DNA from: an uncultured Verrucomicrobiae bacterium
GTDB taxonomy: Bacteria > Verrucomicrobiota > Verrucomicrobiia > Chthoniobacterales > Chthoniobacteraceae
Direction: 5' to 3'
NCBI GenBank assembly: GCA_963828525.1
Contig: CAWHEP010000009.1
Location: 1 to 64,000 of the forward strand
DNA length: 64,000 bases
Shown: positions 29,422-39,711 of the stretch, one piece after another
How positions within the stretch are numbered: the first letter of the stretch is position 1
Layout: each line of letters begins with the position of its first letter
Translations under genes and position numbers: made by a program
Notes under the pieces: model-generated
Databases searched by the model: none
What the model saw: the letters and a program-made list of their open reading frames with translations, nothing else
What the model was told of the DNA's origin: nothing

Positions 29422-30323
29422 GAGAAGGGGCGGGCGCGTATCGCCGGATCATCCTCGAGCAGAAATCCGCGGTACTCGCCCGGCACCAAGGGCGGGCTGG
29501 TGTGGTGAGGCGCCAATCCGCGATGCTCAGGCGTAAAGCAGAAAGTCAGAGTGACATCAAAGCGGGCGAGCGCGTCCATCTGGCGATCAAACCATTCCTG
29601 CGCTCCTGGCCGGAAGCTGTCCGCCCAGCTCAAGCCAGTTCGGAGGTGACGAACACCAAGCCGGTCGAGCCAGCGGACAGCACTCTCCAGGCGGGGGTCC
29701 TGAAAGTGAAACCACTGGCAGATGCCCATCCCCTCCGTGGCTTGCTTCTCGAAATGCTTGAGCGCGAGCTTCGGTGTCCCATCTTCGCGCAAGAGTCCCA
29801 TGTAAAAGTGCCGGTAATATGAGGAGCCTTCCGCTTCCCTGTGCCGGGTGGTCGCCGGCCAGTCGCGCGGAAGATCATAGAGGCTATACCAATGGATCCT
29901 GGGCGCTCTCCCCCGCAGCAACTCCGCGGTGCGCCGGAGGCCGAACTCCTGGACCTCCTCCGCTCCGAATGAGGATACACCAACCTCGCTGACCCAGATG
30001 GGAAGATCAGTGACGGCTTGAATTTCGCCCAGCTTCGCGGGCCATTCGTCAAGCCGCCAATGATTCCAATCCAGAGGGAAGCCATGGACAGCTACAGCGT
30101 CAAGCAGACCCAATACACCTCGCTCCTCAAGCCGGCGGATAAATGCGGCGTCGATCGGTGAAATACCGCCCAGGACCCGTGTCAGGCGCGGATTCTCCGC
30201 GGCAACCTGCCGCGCGGCGCCCTTGATCATCTCCGCGAAGATGTCCCATTCGGGGTCCAGGGAATAATCCCAGTGCGATTTGTTGTTAGGCTCGTTCCAG
30301 AGCATCACCGCTTCAACGGGCAT
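29418..30323 (-). CDS. GH-A clan glycoside hydrolase (beta-xylosidase-like), apparently circularly permuted
   Basis: WNEPN at the very N-terminus, VAVHGFP, IWVSEVG, HWYSLYD; C-terminal LGVRHLRTGLSW and FCFTP; last residues probably frameshifted. Confidence 0.75.
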   Translation of the reverse strand: MPVEAVMLWNEPNNKSHWDYSLDPEWDIFAEMIKGAARQVAAENPRLTRVLGGISPIDAAFIRRLEERGVLGLLDAVAVHGFPLDWNHWRLDEWPAKLGEIQAVTDLPIWVSEVGVSSFGAEEVQEFGLRRTAELLRGRAPRIHWYSLYDLPRDWPATTRHREAEGSSYYRHFYMGLLREDGTPKLALKHFEKQATEGMGICQWFHFQDPRLESAVRWLDRLGVRHLRTGLSWADSFRPGAQEWFDRQMDALARFDVTLTFCFTPEHRGLAPHHTSPPLVPGEYRGFLLEDDPAIRARPFS

Positions 30324-30326
30324 AAT

Positions 30327-31088
30327 TCAGGCTGGAAAAGGAGGTTCATGCGCGGGGGTGTCGCGCCGTCGGCAGATGTAAACTTCTTCTTCCGGATGCT
30401 GGAGTATCTGGAAACCGGCGCTCCGCAGCATTGCCTCGGAGCAGGCGAGATTTGGCACCCACCAATTCGTAGGATCGGAACAATAGGAGTGTTCGATGAA
30501 GTGCATCTTTGGAAAACCCGGTTCATCAAACACCTTGGTCTCCGTGAATGGGTAGTCGCCCTTAACGGCCGCAGGCGACTCGCTGCCGCGTTGCATCGAC
30601 TGAAAGACGAGCAGGTCCCGGGAAACGTGCTTGTGGATCAAATCGAGGGCAAGCAGCGGATGGCGCAGATGGTAAAAAACTCCAAGGAAAAGCACCACAT
30701 CGAACTTTTCTCCAAGCAGCGCGACGTCGTAGACAGAGAGTTTGCGGAAATCGATCTCTAATTGAAGCACCTCCGCTGCAAGTTGGCCTTGCGCCAGGTA
30801 GCGCTCATCGAAATCGATTGCAACCACACGCTCCGCGCCGCGCCGCTTCATCTCTATCGAGTAGAAGCCGGCGTTACAGCCGATATCCAGAACAGCGCGC
30901 CCACTGAGGTCAGACGGGATTGCGTCGCAAAATCGCTGCCACTTGCAGCGCGGGTAGTTCCCCAGGAAATGATATGGAGCCGTCCAGATACCATCCAGTT
31001 CGATATTATGGAACCAGTCTCCCAAGGCGCTGACGCGTTCCTGTAAAGGACGGGAGCATCCACGTGGCGCATCAGCGGGCGGCGTCAC
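30327..31088 (-). CDS. class I SAM methyltransferase (TIGR04290-like)
   Basis: [51 protein letters not shown]. Confidence 0.88.
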   Translation of the reverse strand: MTPPADAPRGCSRPLQERVSALGDWFHNIELDGIWTAPYHFLGNYPRCKWQRFCDAIPSDLSGRAVLDIGCNAGFYSIEMKRRGAERVVAIDFDERYLAQGQLAAEVLQLEIDFRKLSVYDVALLGEKFDVVLFLGVFYHLRHPLLALDLIHKHVSRDLLVFQSMQRGSESPAAVKGDYPFTETKVFDEPGFPKMHFIEHSYCSDPTNWWVPNLACSEAMLRSAGFQILQHPEEEVYICRRRDTPAHEPPFPA

Positions 31089-32252
31089 TTCGAGATCGTT
31101 CTCCTGCGGCGAGGCTGTCCATTCATCCTTATCCCGGCATCGCGAGATGCTGGTGTTCCGCGCATATCAACCACTTCTACGTCGCCGACAATAAAGGCTT
31201 CCGTAAGAGCGCGCGCTTCGTCATCCGTAAATTGCTGAGGCGGTGACTTCATGAAATAGCTGGAAGGCGCTATCAAAGCGCCGGAAACGCCGCGATCCAT
31301 TGCGAGCTTCGCGCAGCGGATCGCGTCCAGCACCACGCCCGCGGAGTTCGGAGAGTCCCACACTTCCAGCTTCAACTCGCAATTGAGCGGCACATTTCCG
31401 AAAGTGGTGCCTTCCATGCGGATGTAGCACCACTTGCGATCCGTCAACCAGGGCACATAGTCACTGGGACCAACATGCACGTTGCTGGCAGCCATCGGAT
31501 GCCCCAGCTGGCTCGTGACGGCTTGCGTTTTTGAAATCTTCTTCGACTCCAGCCGCTCGCGTTCGAGCATGTTCATAAAGTCGGTATTGCCGCCGAAGTT
31601 TAGTTGATAGGTATGGTCCAGCCGCACCCCGCGTTTGCGGAAGAGGTCAGTAAGCACCCGATGGACGATAGTCGCTCCTACCTGGGACTTGATGTCATCT
31701 CCGATAATCGGCAGCTTCCGCTGTTCAAATCGTTTGCGCCAGTAGGGTTGGGAAGCAATGAAAACCGGTATGCAATTTACAAAGGCGCAGCCTGCTTCCA
31801 GCACCTGCTCGACATACCACTTCGTGGCCATTTCTGAACCGACCGGCAGATAATTTACAACAACATCCGTTTTGGTACGCTTCGAGGATACCAACAATAT
31901 CGTCCGTTGCTCCCCTCGCCTTTGGAATTACACCTTTGAGATACTTCCCGATGCCATCGTGAGTCATGCCGCGATGCACCTTCACTCCAAGCTCGGGCAC
32001 CTTCTGGAAAAGCAGGGTATTATTGGGATCGGCGTGGATTGCTTCCGAGAGGTCTGCGCCCACTTTGTTGGCGTTGATATCAAAGGCCGCCGTAAACTCA
32101 ATGTCTCGAGGATGATATCCCCCAAGATCCACGTGCATAAGCCCAGGAATAAAATCGTCCTCGCTTGCGCTTTCGTAAAAATTGACGCCCTGCACAAGTG
32201 AACTCGCGCAGTTTCCTACGCCGATGATCGCCACGCGTATCTTATTGCTCAT
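31085..32252 (-). CDS. ino1: myo-inositol-1-phosphate synthase (frameshift near 31880)
   Basis: [62 protein letters not shown] split across two ORFs. Confidence 0.93.
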
Positions 32253-33346
32253 GTAGTCGCCGCCTCCTGAAGCAGTTGTTCCCCCGCCCGCGCCGGTATG
32301 CCCAGGATCATCTCCAGTTCGGCAGCGCGGTGGGTCGCAGTGTGTTCACCCAGAACCCGCTGCCGGGCGCGCTCTCCAATCGCCCGCCGATCCAGCTCGG
32401 GCGTCTCGCGAAGGATGTCGCGCATCTCGGAAGGGGAGCGCGCGACGAGAATTTCCAGGCCAGGCCGGAAAAACGTTTCGAGGCCCGCCCAATGATCCGT
32501 GATTATCGGAATACCACAGGCGGCGGCTTCAAATAAACGGACACTGGGAGAGTAGCCAGCTCGCGCCATGGCAGCCCGCGTAACATTCAAAGTAAATGTC
32601 TGCGAATTGTAGAACGCGCGGTGCTCTGCCGGGGACAGATGGGAGAGCCGTTCTACGTTGGCCGGCCATGAGACGCAGGAGGGGTATAATGACCCTGCCA
32701 CTACGAAATTCAGCTCCTGCTCGCGGCGGGCGGGTTCAAGAAGGAGTTGATCCAAGGATCCTTGCCGATCTTCGCTATACGTTCCCAAGTAGCCCAACAG
32801 CCACTTGTGCCGCCGCGTCTCCGGGTAATACACCGCCGGATCAACAGAGCAATAAAGCGTTCGCGCTTCAGGAGAGTGAAAGTCCCGTTCGATTCTTTCC
32901 AGCAGCGGGCCACCACTGAACGAAAGATAGCAGTCAAAGAGCGGCACCAATTCCGGCGACAGATACTCGCATTTCCCAGCATCGAGCCGCGCCAGTGTCT
33001 CTGGTGTGTCGATATCATAGAAGGCGGTTTTGCCGCCTGCCACCCTTGTCACCCAAGTCGCCACCTCCACCCCGTCGGGCACGAACGAGCCCACGATCAC
33101 GCAATCGGCCTCCGCCACGGCATCCGTGAAGCCCGATTGAAGGTTTGCGATCGACTCATAGAATTGCAGGTCGCAGTATTCCGGGTCAGATAAATCCCTC
33201 GCGCTCGCGTACCAAGGTTGGTTGCGCTCCAGAAAAAGTATGTCGTGGCCACGCCTGGACAGCTCCAGAAGCAAGCTTCTATACGTGGTCGCGTGACCGT
33301 TTCCCCATGAGGAACTGAGTGACAGGCCAAGCACTACGATTCTCAT
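32249..33346 (-). CDS. CgeB-like GT-B glycosyltransferase
   Basis: SSSWGNGHATTYR, FYDIDTP, LGYLGTYSEDR, GYSPSVRLFEAAACG. Confidence 0.88.
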   Translation of the reverse strand: MRIVVLGLSLSSSWGNGHATTYRSLLLELSRRGHDILFLERNQPWYASARDLSDPEYCDLQFYESIANLQSGFTDAVAEADCVIVGSFVPDGVEVATWVTRVAGGKTAFYDIDTPETLARLDAGKCEYLSPELVPLFDCYLSFSGGPLLERIERDFHSPEARTLYCSVDPAVYYPETRRHKWLLGYLGTYSEDRQGSLDQLLLEPARREQELNFVVAGSLYPSCVSWPANVERLSHLSPAEHRAFYNSQTFTLNVTRAAMARAGYSPSVRLFEAAACGIPIITDHWAGLETFFRPGLEILVARSPSEMRDILRETPELDRRAIGERARQRVLGEHTATHRAAELEMILGIPARAGEQLLQEAATT

Positions 33347-34418
33347 ACCAAAAGAGCGAGTTCACTTAGCGCCGCTTCCACCTTGCCCGCTCGATGCGTG
33401 TAAGTGTGCTCGGCGAGTGCCCGACGGCGGGCGGCGTCGCCGATGCGCCGCGCCCGGGCTGGAGTAAGCTCTGCCAGAAGTTCAGCCACTTCCTCACCGT
33501 TCTTCGCGACGAGGATCTCCACTTCTGGCTCGAAGAATTCACTCATACCTTCCCACGCGTCGCTCAATACACACGCGCCCGCGCCGGCTGCCTCAAATAC
33601 GCGAGTCGCGGGTGAGTACCCATACCGGGCCATGCTGTCTCTCGCGATGTTGAGAACAGCAAGCGGACTTGAATTAAATCGGTTGTGATCGGCTGTGTAA
33701 ACATGGCCAAGATTACGGACATTTGACGGCAGCGCCTTGTCATCCCAGCCGCTGCCACCCAGGAGGAATGAGCGTTCCGGCGCCGCGTTGGCAGCCTTGA
33801 GAAAGAACTCTTCCACCCGCGCTTCACGGTCCGGAAGCCTATTGCCGAGAAACGCCAAATCGGCGGCGAATCGCTCATCAAAGCAAGGGTAGTGCGTAGC
33901 GCAATCGAGCCCGTTATAGATTGGAACACACGCGCGCGACGCCAAGTTCCTCGTAAGCTATCGTGACGGGCGGACCGCCGCCATAGGTGAAGACCAGATC
34001 GTACCTCGGAACCAGCTTGCGGAAAGGGTCGGCAGGATCAGACCGCGCGCGATCAAGTGTCGAGGGAGCGTCAACATCCCAGAATACGACAAGCGAGTCC
34101 GGGCGACGCTGATCAAGGACAGCCTCCTCAAGCAGTTCATCGAAAACCCCGACTCCGCTCGCCTTCACCACCAAATCCGCGTCCCGCGCCGCTGCCACTT
34201 GCCGCAAAGCGGCTTCTTCCGTGTTTTCGTAAACCACCACGTCAGCCCAATAGGGCGGCATCATATCGCGGTGTTGCTGCCGCGAATAAGCGTCTGGTTC
34301 GTAGAAAGTGGTTCTGTGCCCCCGATCGTGGAGCAGCGCGGATCAGTCCCCTGTAGTATGTCGCCGCTCCATTCCAGTATGCGGACACAAGACTGGAACC
34401 AAAGAATGCAATTTTCAT
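33343..34418 (-). CDS. CgeB-like GT-B glycosyltransferase (two frameshifts)
   Basis: MKIAFFGSSLVSAYWNGAATYYRG / KASGVGVFD, FWDVDAP / FLGNRLPDREARVEEFF, SPATRVFEAAGAG across three ORFs. Confidence 0.85.
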
Positions 34419-34425
34419 CAGGCGC

Positions 34426-35505
34426 TCAAGCAGCTTCCACGGTGAGTTGCTTTTCTTCGCTCGCGCCTTGAAGCCATTCATACAGTTTGCAAACCCCCTG
34501 CCGCGCGCCAATACGGGGTTCCCATCCGGTCGCCTTCTGAAACTTCGTGTAATCTGACACGTAATACCTTTGATCTCCTGGACGCCACTCGCCACGTCGC
34601 GCTTCAGGAGCAACTCCATGCAGCTCGCTGATAAGTCTCATCAATTCCAGCAAACTTGTGGTGTTCGCAGGGCCCCCGCCAATGTTAAATGCTTCGCCGG
34701 CAAGGGCTCTCGCGTTGGCGCGCGCAAGCAGAAGCGCATCAACCAGATCTTCCACAAAAAGGATGTCGCGCACCTGCCTGCCGTCTCCATAAAGAATGAT
34801 TGGCTGCTCTTCCATGGCGCGGATGAGAAAGTGGGCGACCCACCCCTGATCTTCCGTGCCGAACTGATGGGGACCGTAAATACAGCTCATCCGGAAGACC
34901 AGCGCCGGGAGATTAAACATGCGCGCATGGTCGAGGACATATTGATCAGCGGCGCCCTTGGAGCAGCCATAAGGGCTGTAAAAATTTAACCGCGCTGCTT
35001 CGCCTATGCCTCTGCCCCGAATCGACACATCAGACGGTTCATACCTGCCGTCCTTCTCCCGCAGCGCCACTTCTTCCAAGCTGCCATACACTTTGTTCGT
35101 CGAGGTGAATACCAATGGGGGCGGTTCAGACATCCCGCGCATCGCTTCGAGCACGTTCATAGTACCTAACGCATTAACCTCAAAGTCCAGACGCGGGCGC
35201 TCGACGCTTGTCGTCACAGCCACTTGGGCGGCAAGATGAAAAACCGCCGCCGCGTTCCTAATATGCTTGCAGAGTGTCTCGTAGTCCCGGACATCAGCGA
35301 CTTCGACAACGAGTTCGCTCCCGTGGCAAGAGCGCAGCCAATCGCAGTTTTTCTCGACTCCGGCGCGAGAGAGGTTGTCGTAGATGACCACCCGCTCCCC
35401 TTCCGCGAGGAGCCGATTGGCGAGATTCGCGCCTATGAAGCCGGCTCCTCCGGTGATGAGAACCGGGCGCTTCGATCTAACTCGTATCGGTGTTCTTTTT
35501 TCCAT
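34426..35505 (-). CDS. NAD-dependent NDP-sugar epimerase (CDP-paratose 2-epimerase-like SDR)
   Basis: ITGGAGFIG, HLAAQVAVTTS, STNKVYG, PYGCSKG, RMSCIYGP, EDQGWVAHF, WRPGDQ. Confidence 0.9.
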   Translation of the reverse strand: MEKRTPIRVRSKRPVLITGGAGFIGANLANRLLAEGERVVIYDNLSRAGVEKNCDWLRSCHGSELVVEVADVRDYETLCKHIRNAAAVFHLAAQVAVTTSVERPRLDFEVNALGTMNVLEAMRGMSEPPPLVFTSTNKVYGSLEEVALREKDGRYEPSDVSIRGRGIGEAARLNFYSPYGCSKGAADQYVLDHARMFNLPALVFRMSCIYGPHQFGTEDQGWVAHFLIRAMEEQPIILYGDGRQVRDILFVEDLVDALLLARANARALAGEAFNIGGGPANTTSLLELMRLISELHGVAPEARRGEWRPGDQRYYVSDYTKFQKATGWEPRIGARQGVCKLYEWLQGASEEKQLTVEAA

Positions 35506-36623
35506 CAGACTGTGAGACCACGACTGACCAACTCGTCTGCCGCGCTTGCGACATTGTCCACCGCCGTCTGGCCTTGAAGCCATTCAGCGAGCTCTACGAG
35601 GCCTTTTTCCAGTGTGACCCGCGGCCTGTAGCCCAACACCTCCTGGGCTAGTGAAATATCCGCAAAGCAGTTCCGAATATCACCCATCCGGTTATTTCCC
35701 GTGACCTCAGCTTCGATGTGGGATTTTCCGAGGACGCGCCCCATTTTCGCGGCGACCTGGCGGACTGTGAGCGGTTCTCCACTGCCAATATTTAGAACGT
35801 GATCCGCCGCGGCGGGAACCTCCATCGCGAGCCGGCATGCCCTGACAATGTCACGAACAGACACAAAGTCCCTCTGCTGATAACCGTCCTCGTTGATGAG
35901 CGGGGGGCGATCATTCAGGAGCCGTGCCGCAAAGATCGCCAGCACTCCGGTGTAGGGATTGGACAGAGCTTGGCGAGTGCCGAATATATTGAAAAAGCGG
36001 AGCCCGACCGTAGGGATGCCGTAGGCCCTTCCAACAACCATGCACAGTCGTTCCTGGTGATATTTGGAAATCGCATACACCGATGGCAAAGCTGGGCACT
36101 TGGATTCCGGGGTGGGCACGGGCTCCAGCGCTTCGCCTCCGGCTCCCCGCACTTCCCAGTCGTGTTGCTTCAGTTGTGATAGCGGACGTTCGGCTCCCAC
36201 CACCCGTTCGCCGCTGGAGTTTTTATAGAGACCTTCACCGTAGATGCTCATGCTGGACGCTACGACCAGCTTCTCGACGCGACGCTTTGCGAGCGCCTCC
36301 AGAAGAACAGCGGTTCCTAAACCGTTGGCACTGGTGTAATGCTCGATCTCATACATGCTCTGGCCGACCCCGACCGCGGCAGCCAGATGAAAAACCACGC
36401 TGACGCCGTTAAGCGCGCGCCAGACCACCTGCGGGTCTCGGATGTCTCCCCGGATGAGATCAATGTCCTCCGCAAGATACTCAGGCTTGCCAATTGCCGA
36501 GCCATGCACTTGAGGGTGCAAACAATCAAGCACCCGTACCTCGTAGCCATGATCAAGAAGCTCGTCCGCAAGGTGCGAGCCGACAAATCCCGCGCCGCCT
36601 GTGATGAGAATTTTTTTGCTCAT
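35505..36623 (-). CDS. NAD-dependent NDP-sugar epimerase/dehydratase
   Basis: ITGGAGFVG, AAAVGVGQSMY, SSMSIYGEG, YAISK, QALSNPYTGV. Confidence 0.9.
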   Translation of the reverse strand: MSKKILITGGAGFVGSHLADELLDHGYEVRVLDCLHPQVHGSAIGKPEYLAEDIDLIRGDIRDPQVVWRALNGVSVVFHLAAAVGVGQSMYEIEHYTSANGLGTAVLLEALAKRRVEKLVVASSMSIYGEGLYKNSSGERVVGAERPLSQLKQHDWEVRGAGGEALEPVPTPESKCPALPSVYAISKYHQERLCMVVGRAYGIPTVGLRFFNIFGTRQALSNPYTGVLAIFAARLLNDRPPLINEDGYQQRDFVSVRDIVRACRLAMEVPAAADHVLNIGSGEPLTVRQVAAKMGRVLGKSHIEAEVTGNNRMGDIRNCFADISLAQEVLGYRPRVTLEKGLVELAEWLQGQTAVDNVASAADELVSRGLTV

Positions 36624-36708
36624 GCTGTTTGAAAATCTTCAAAACGACAGTTCCCTGTAGTCGGTGTATTTTCGAACGGATGTTAATCTTCGGATGCATC
36701 AATGTTGC

Positions 36709-36738
36709 TCGCATGTGTTTGTCCTGTCACACATGCGA
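36709..36738. repeat. perfect 10-bp inverted repeat in a divergent promoter region
   Basis: TCGCATGTGT-N10-ACACATGCGA. Confidence 0.6.
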
Positions 36739-36815
36739 TTACGCGAACATGCATTTTCATCTGGCAGCCCTCCTGATCGATGTGTTTAGTTCTATGCCAT
36801 GACAATCCGTCCGAA

Positions 36816-37235
36816 ATGACGAAAGCGCTGGGCGTCGATCTCGGAGATGTCAGGATTGGTATCGCGATCTCTGACGACTTGGGAATGCTGGCACATCCGC
36901 TCGAAACCATCCGCGTCGCGGACAAGCCTGAGCCCGTAGAAAGGATCGCCCAGATCACGCTGGATAAAAAGGTGGAGATTATCATCTTGGGGATGCCGAG
37001 GAACATGAACGGCACGTATGGTCCCGCCGCTGACAAGGCCAGGGCTTTTGCGGAACGCCTCCAAGCCAAGGTCAAATGCGAGGTAAAATTCTGGGACGAA
37101 CGCCTTACATCGGTAGCAGCGCAAAAAGAACTGCGCGCGGGAGGCAAAAATACGAAGAACAGCCGCGCGGTGATCGATCAGGTAGCGGCGCAATTGATAC
37201 TGCAAGGCTACCTCGATTCAATCGCGATGAGCTAA
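36816..37235 (+). CDS. yqgF: YqgF/RuvX pre-16S rRNA nuclease
   Basis: ALGVDLGDVRIGIAISD, GMPRNMNG, WDERLTS, IDQVAAQLILQGYLD. Confidence 0.93.
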   Translation: MTKALGVDLGDVRIGIAISDDLGMLAHPLETIRVADKPEPVERIAQITLDKKVEIIILGMPRNMNGTYGPAADKARAFAERLQAKVKCEVKFWDERLTSVAAQKELRAGGKNTKNSRAVIDQVAAQLILQGYLDSIAMS

Positions 37236-37240
37236 TCAGG

Positions 37241-38051
37241 ATGCCGAGCTTGGAGCGTTCGCGAGAACCGGCTGCCAGACTGAAATTGATCATCGCGTAC
37301 GACGGGGCGCCGTTTCAAGGCTGGCAGAGCCAGGCTGGGGGCAACACGGTGCAAGACCGTCTCGAGGGGGCGTTTGAGTCCATTCTGGGGATCCCTGTCT
37401 CTGTTCAGGGATCCGGTCGCACCGACGCTGGGGCGCATGCCCTCGGCCAATGCGCTCACGCCGATGTGCCATCCACTCGCATGAATGCCGAAGGGTGGAT
37501 GAGGGCGCTCAATGCGAACATGCCCCCGCAAATCCGTGTTCTCCGCTGCGCTGAAGCTTCACCAAAATTTCACGCGCGTTTCGACGCGGTTGGCAAGATT
37601 TACAAATATCGTATCTGGAATGCCAGCGCGCATATGCCTCTGGAAATCGGGCGCTCATGGCATTTCCCAAGGCCGCTGAGTCTGAAGACGCTCCAAAGCG
37701 CCGCGTCAATGCTAACCGGGACGCACGACTTTGCCCCGTTTGCTGCCAGGCGAGACAAGCGCCCCCTGGATACGGTACAGAACAATCTCGAAGATACACG
37801 TCGCTGCCACGGGTCCTCTGATAACGTTAACATTCAAGGGCAGTGGTTTTCTCTACAAGATGGTGCGCTTGATGACCGGAACAATGGTTCGATGCGCGGA
37901 AGGGCGGGCGGAGCCGCGTTGGATCGAAACACTCCTCGCTGGAGCGCTCCGAGAAGGCGCATCGGGGGTTGCAGGCGGCACGATCTTACCCTCAAAGACG
38001 AGCTTCGCGGCGCCAGCAGAGGGATTGTATCTGGCTCGGGTTCTCTACTGA
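37241..38051 (+). CDS. truA: tRNA pseudouridine(38-40) synthase (frameshift near 37775)
   Basis: IAYDGAPFQGWQ, GSGRTDAGAHA, FHARF, GTHDF / GSGFLYKMVR, APAEGLYL. Confidence 0.92.
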
Positions 38052-38061
38052 TCCCGGAAAC

Positions 38062-38094
38062 AAAAAAGGCGCGAGTTCCCTCGCGCCTTTTTTT
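38062..38094. terminator. bidirectional intrinsic terminator
   Basis: AAAAAA-GGCGCGAG-TTCC-CTCGCGCC-TTTTTTT between convergent truA and the 38111 gene. Confidence 0.85.
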
Positions 38095-38110
38095 AAAACT
38101 TACCTTGCCG

Positions 38111-39472
38111 CTACGGGCTCAGGGGCGTTGGAGGACCGCTTGGCGGTCTTCTCGGAGGGAGGCTCGCAACCGGAGGAGTATTGGAAGGCAGGTTGGTCGG
38201 GAAACCAAGCGATCCAGGCACAAAAGGTGTTCTGGATGGCAATAGCTCCGACACCGGTGGCAGAAGACCTTTGCCGTCCTTCCCGTCGGCCAATTCCTTG
38301 CCATCGCTGGAAGACCGGGTGCTGCTGCTTCCGCTTGTGTTCTCCGCGATCGCCTCGGGCGATCCGCTGAGTTGATACGCGGTGAGCGACACATCGTCGA
38401 AGGAATTAATCTCCCGGATTGGGATGGCTTGTTTGCCATCATCAGGAGTCCAGCGAACCATCATGCTCGTGGCGCTCGTGGGTGCAAAATCGGCGCTTGC
38501 ATGAGAACTGGCGCCAGTCAGCACAAGAGTTGCGATAGGGGTGAGACCGTCAAGAGACTTGAGAGGTTCAGCATCATTCGCCACCTTGATATACTGAGAC
38601 TGGTTGCCGGAAGCCGCAGTGGGGGCTCCGGAGGCGGCGTCCTTCAGAAAGAACTCCAGCTTGCCTTTCGCAGATGGCGCAGTGAGAACAGAAACGCGTT
38701 GAATCCCGACGGGGGCGTCATACTTGATCACGACGCCTGCGTCTGCTGAAGGCGCCACGGAGATCGCGCTCTCAGGATTATCATCTATGACTTTCTGCCA
38801 ATCGAGGAACCCCTCGCCAGCATTGCAGAACGTGACCCGGGCCTTCCCGTAGAGACTGGAAGCGTTGAAGGCGACCTGGTTATTCACATAAGGCCCAAAC
38901 ACCGACCGGGTATCGATTGATTCCCCCCGCTTTTCGAGAGTGAAGCTCGTGGCCGGCTTCTCACCATACAGATAGAGGCTGTACCAAGGACCGGAGTCTG
39001 TCAGATTCGTCTCGACCAGCATGTATTTTGCAAAACGGCTGAATGGCTTGTTCATCTTGACGCCGTTTATCGAGTCAACCGCGAGATTCTTCGCGAGTGG
39101 AGCCCAGCTTTTGGAAGAAGGAGGAGCGGGCTCATCCCCAGCGTAGAGGCTCACCGTGCCGGATGCGCTTTGCGTAAGTATCGCAAAATTCGTGAGCAAC
39201 TCAGCCTTGGACAGCGACACAAGGTAATAGTGCTGCCCGAGCATCGGTGGCCAGCCGGTCGCGACATCATCGTCAAGCCAGGCCGCAGCAGCTTCGGTCG
39301 GCACGTAGGCCTGAGTGGCCGGATTATACAAGAACAGGTTCGAGCCGATATTCTGGCGCGCGAAGTTCTTGGGATAGACCTCCAGTTGCTTCGAGGCATC
39401 CTTCTCCTCGGAGGCCGCGAAAGCGCCAGAGGCGACTAGGAGCAGGAGCGAACTAATTAGTTTCGTCTTCAT
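38111..39472 (-). CDS. secreted hypothetical protein with two putative beta-sandwich domains and a DGK/Pro-rich tail
   Basis: ATG 39472, signal peptide MKTKLISSLLLLVASGAFA; similar segments WLDDDVATG and VIDDNPESA; tail SSDGKELADGKDGKGLLPPV...PTPLSP. Confidence 0.7.
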   Translation of the reverse strand: MKTKLISSLLLLVASGAFAASEEKDASKQLEVYPKNFARQNIGSNLFLYNPATQAYVPTEAAAAWLDDDVATGWPPMLGQHYYLVSLSKAELLTNFAILTQSASGTVSLYAGDEPAPPSSKSWAPLAKNLAVDSINGVKMNKPFSRFAKYMLVETNLTDSGPWYSLYLYGEKPATSFTLEKRGESIDTRSVFGPYVNNQVAFNASSLYGKARVTFCNAGEGFLDWQKVIDDNPESAISVAPSADAGVVIKYDAPVGIQRVSVLTAPSAKGKLEFFLKDAASGAPTAASGNQSQYIKVANDAEPLKSLDGLTPIATLVLTGASSHASADFAPTSATSMMVRWTPDDGKQAIPIREINSFDDVSLTAYQLSGSPEAIAENTSGSSSTRSSSDGKELADGKDGKGLLPPVSELLPSRTPFVPGSLGFPTNLPSNTPPVASLPPRRPPSGPPTPLSP

Positions 39473-39569
39473 CGGTTTAGCTTTTAAGTGACTTTTGTTT
39501 CTTTGGAAATAAAATAACGCATTCGGCTCTGAGAACAGATTACAGAGCGTTCTGGTATTTCGGATGGTT

Positions 39570-39598
39570 ATGGTAATTCGAAAATCCCAACCTGCCAA
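39570..39598 (-). promoter_or_regulatory. sigma70-type promoter with upstream A-tracts for the 39472 gene
   Basis: minus strand TTGGCA-N17-TACCAT, preceded by an AT-rich tract at 39601-39630. Confidence 0.5.
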
Positions 39599-39711
39599 GG
39601 ACTTTTTCATTTTTTCTTAGTTTTTATTCTCCCGCCCCACTACATCATCGTTCTTGTCACGCGGCGGCGCGTTGTTTAAGTAGATGCGCCGACGCTCGCA
39701 CTGATTACGAA

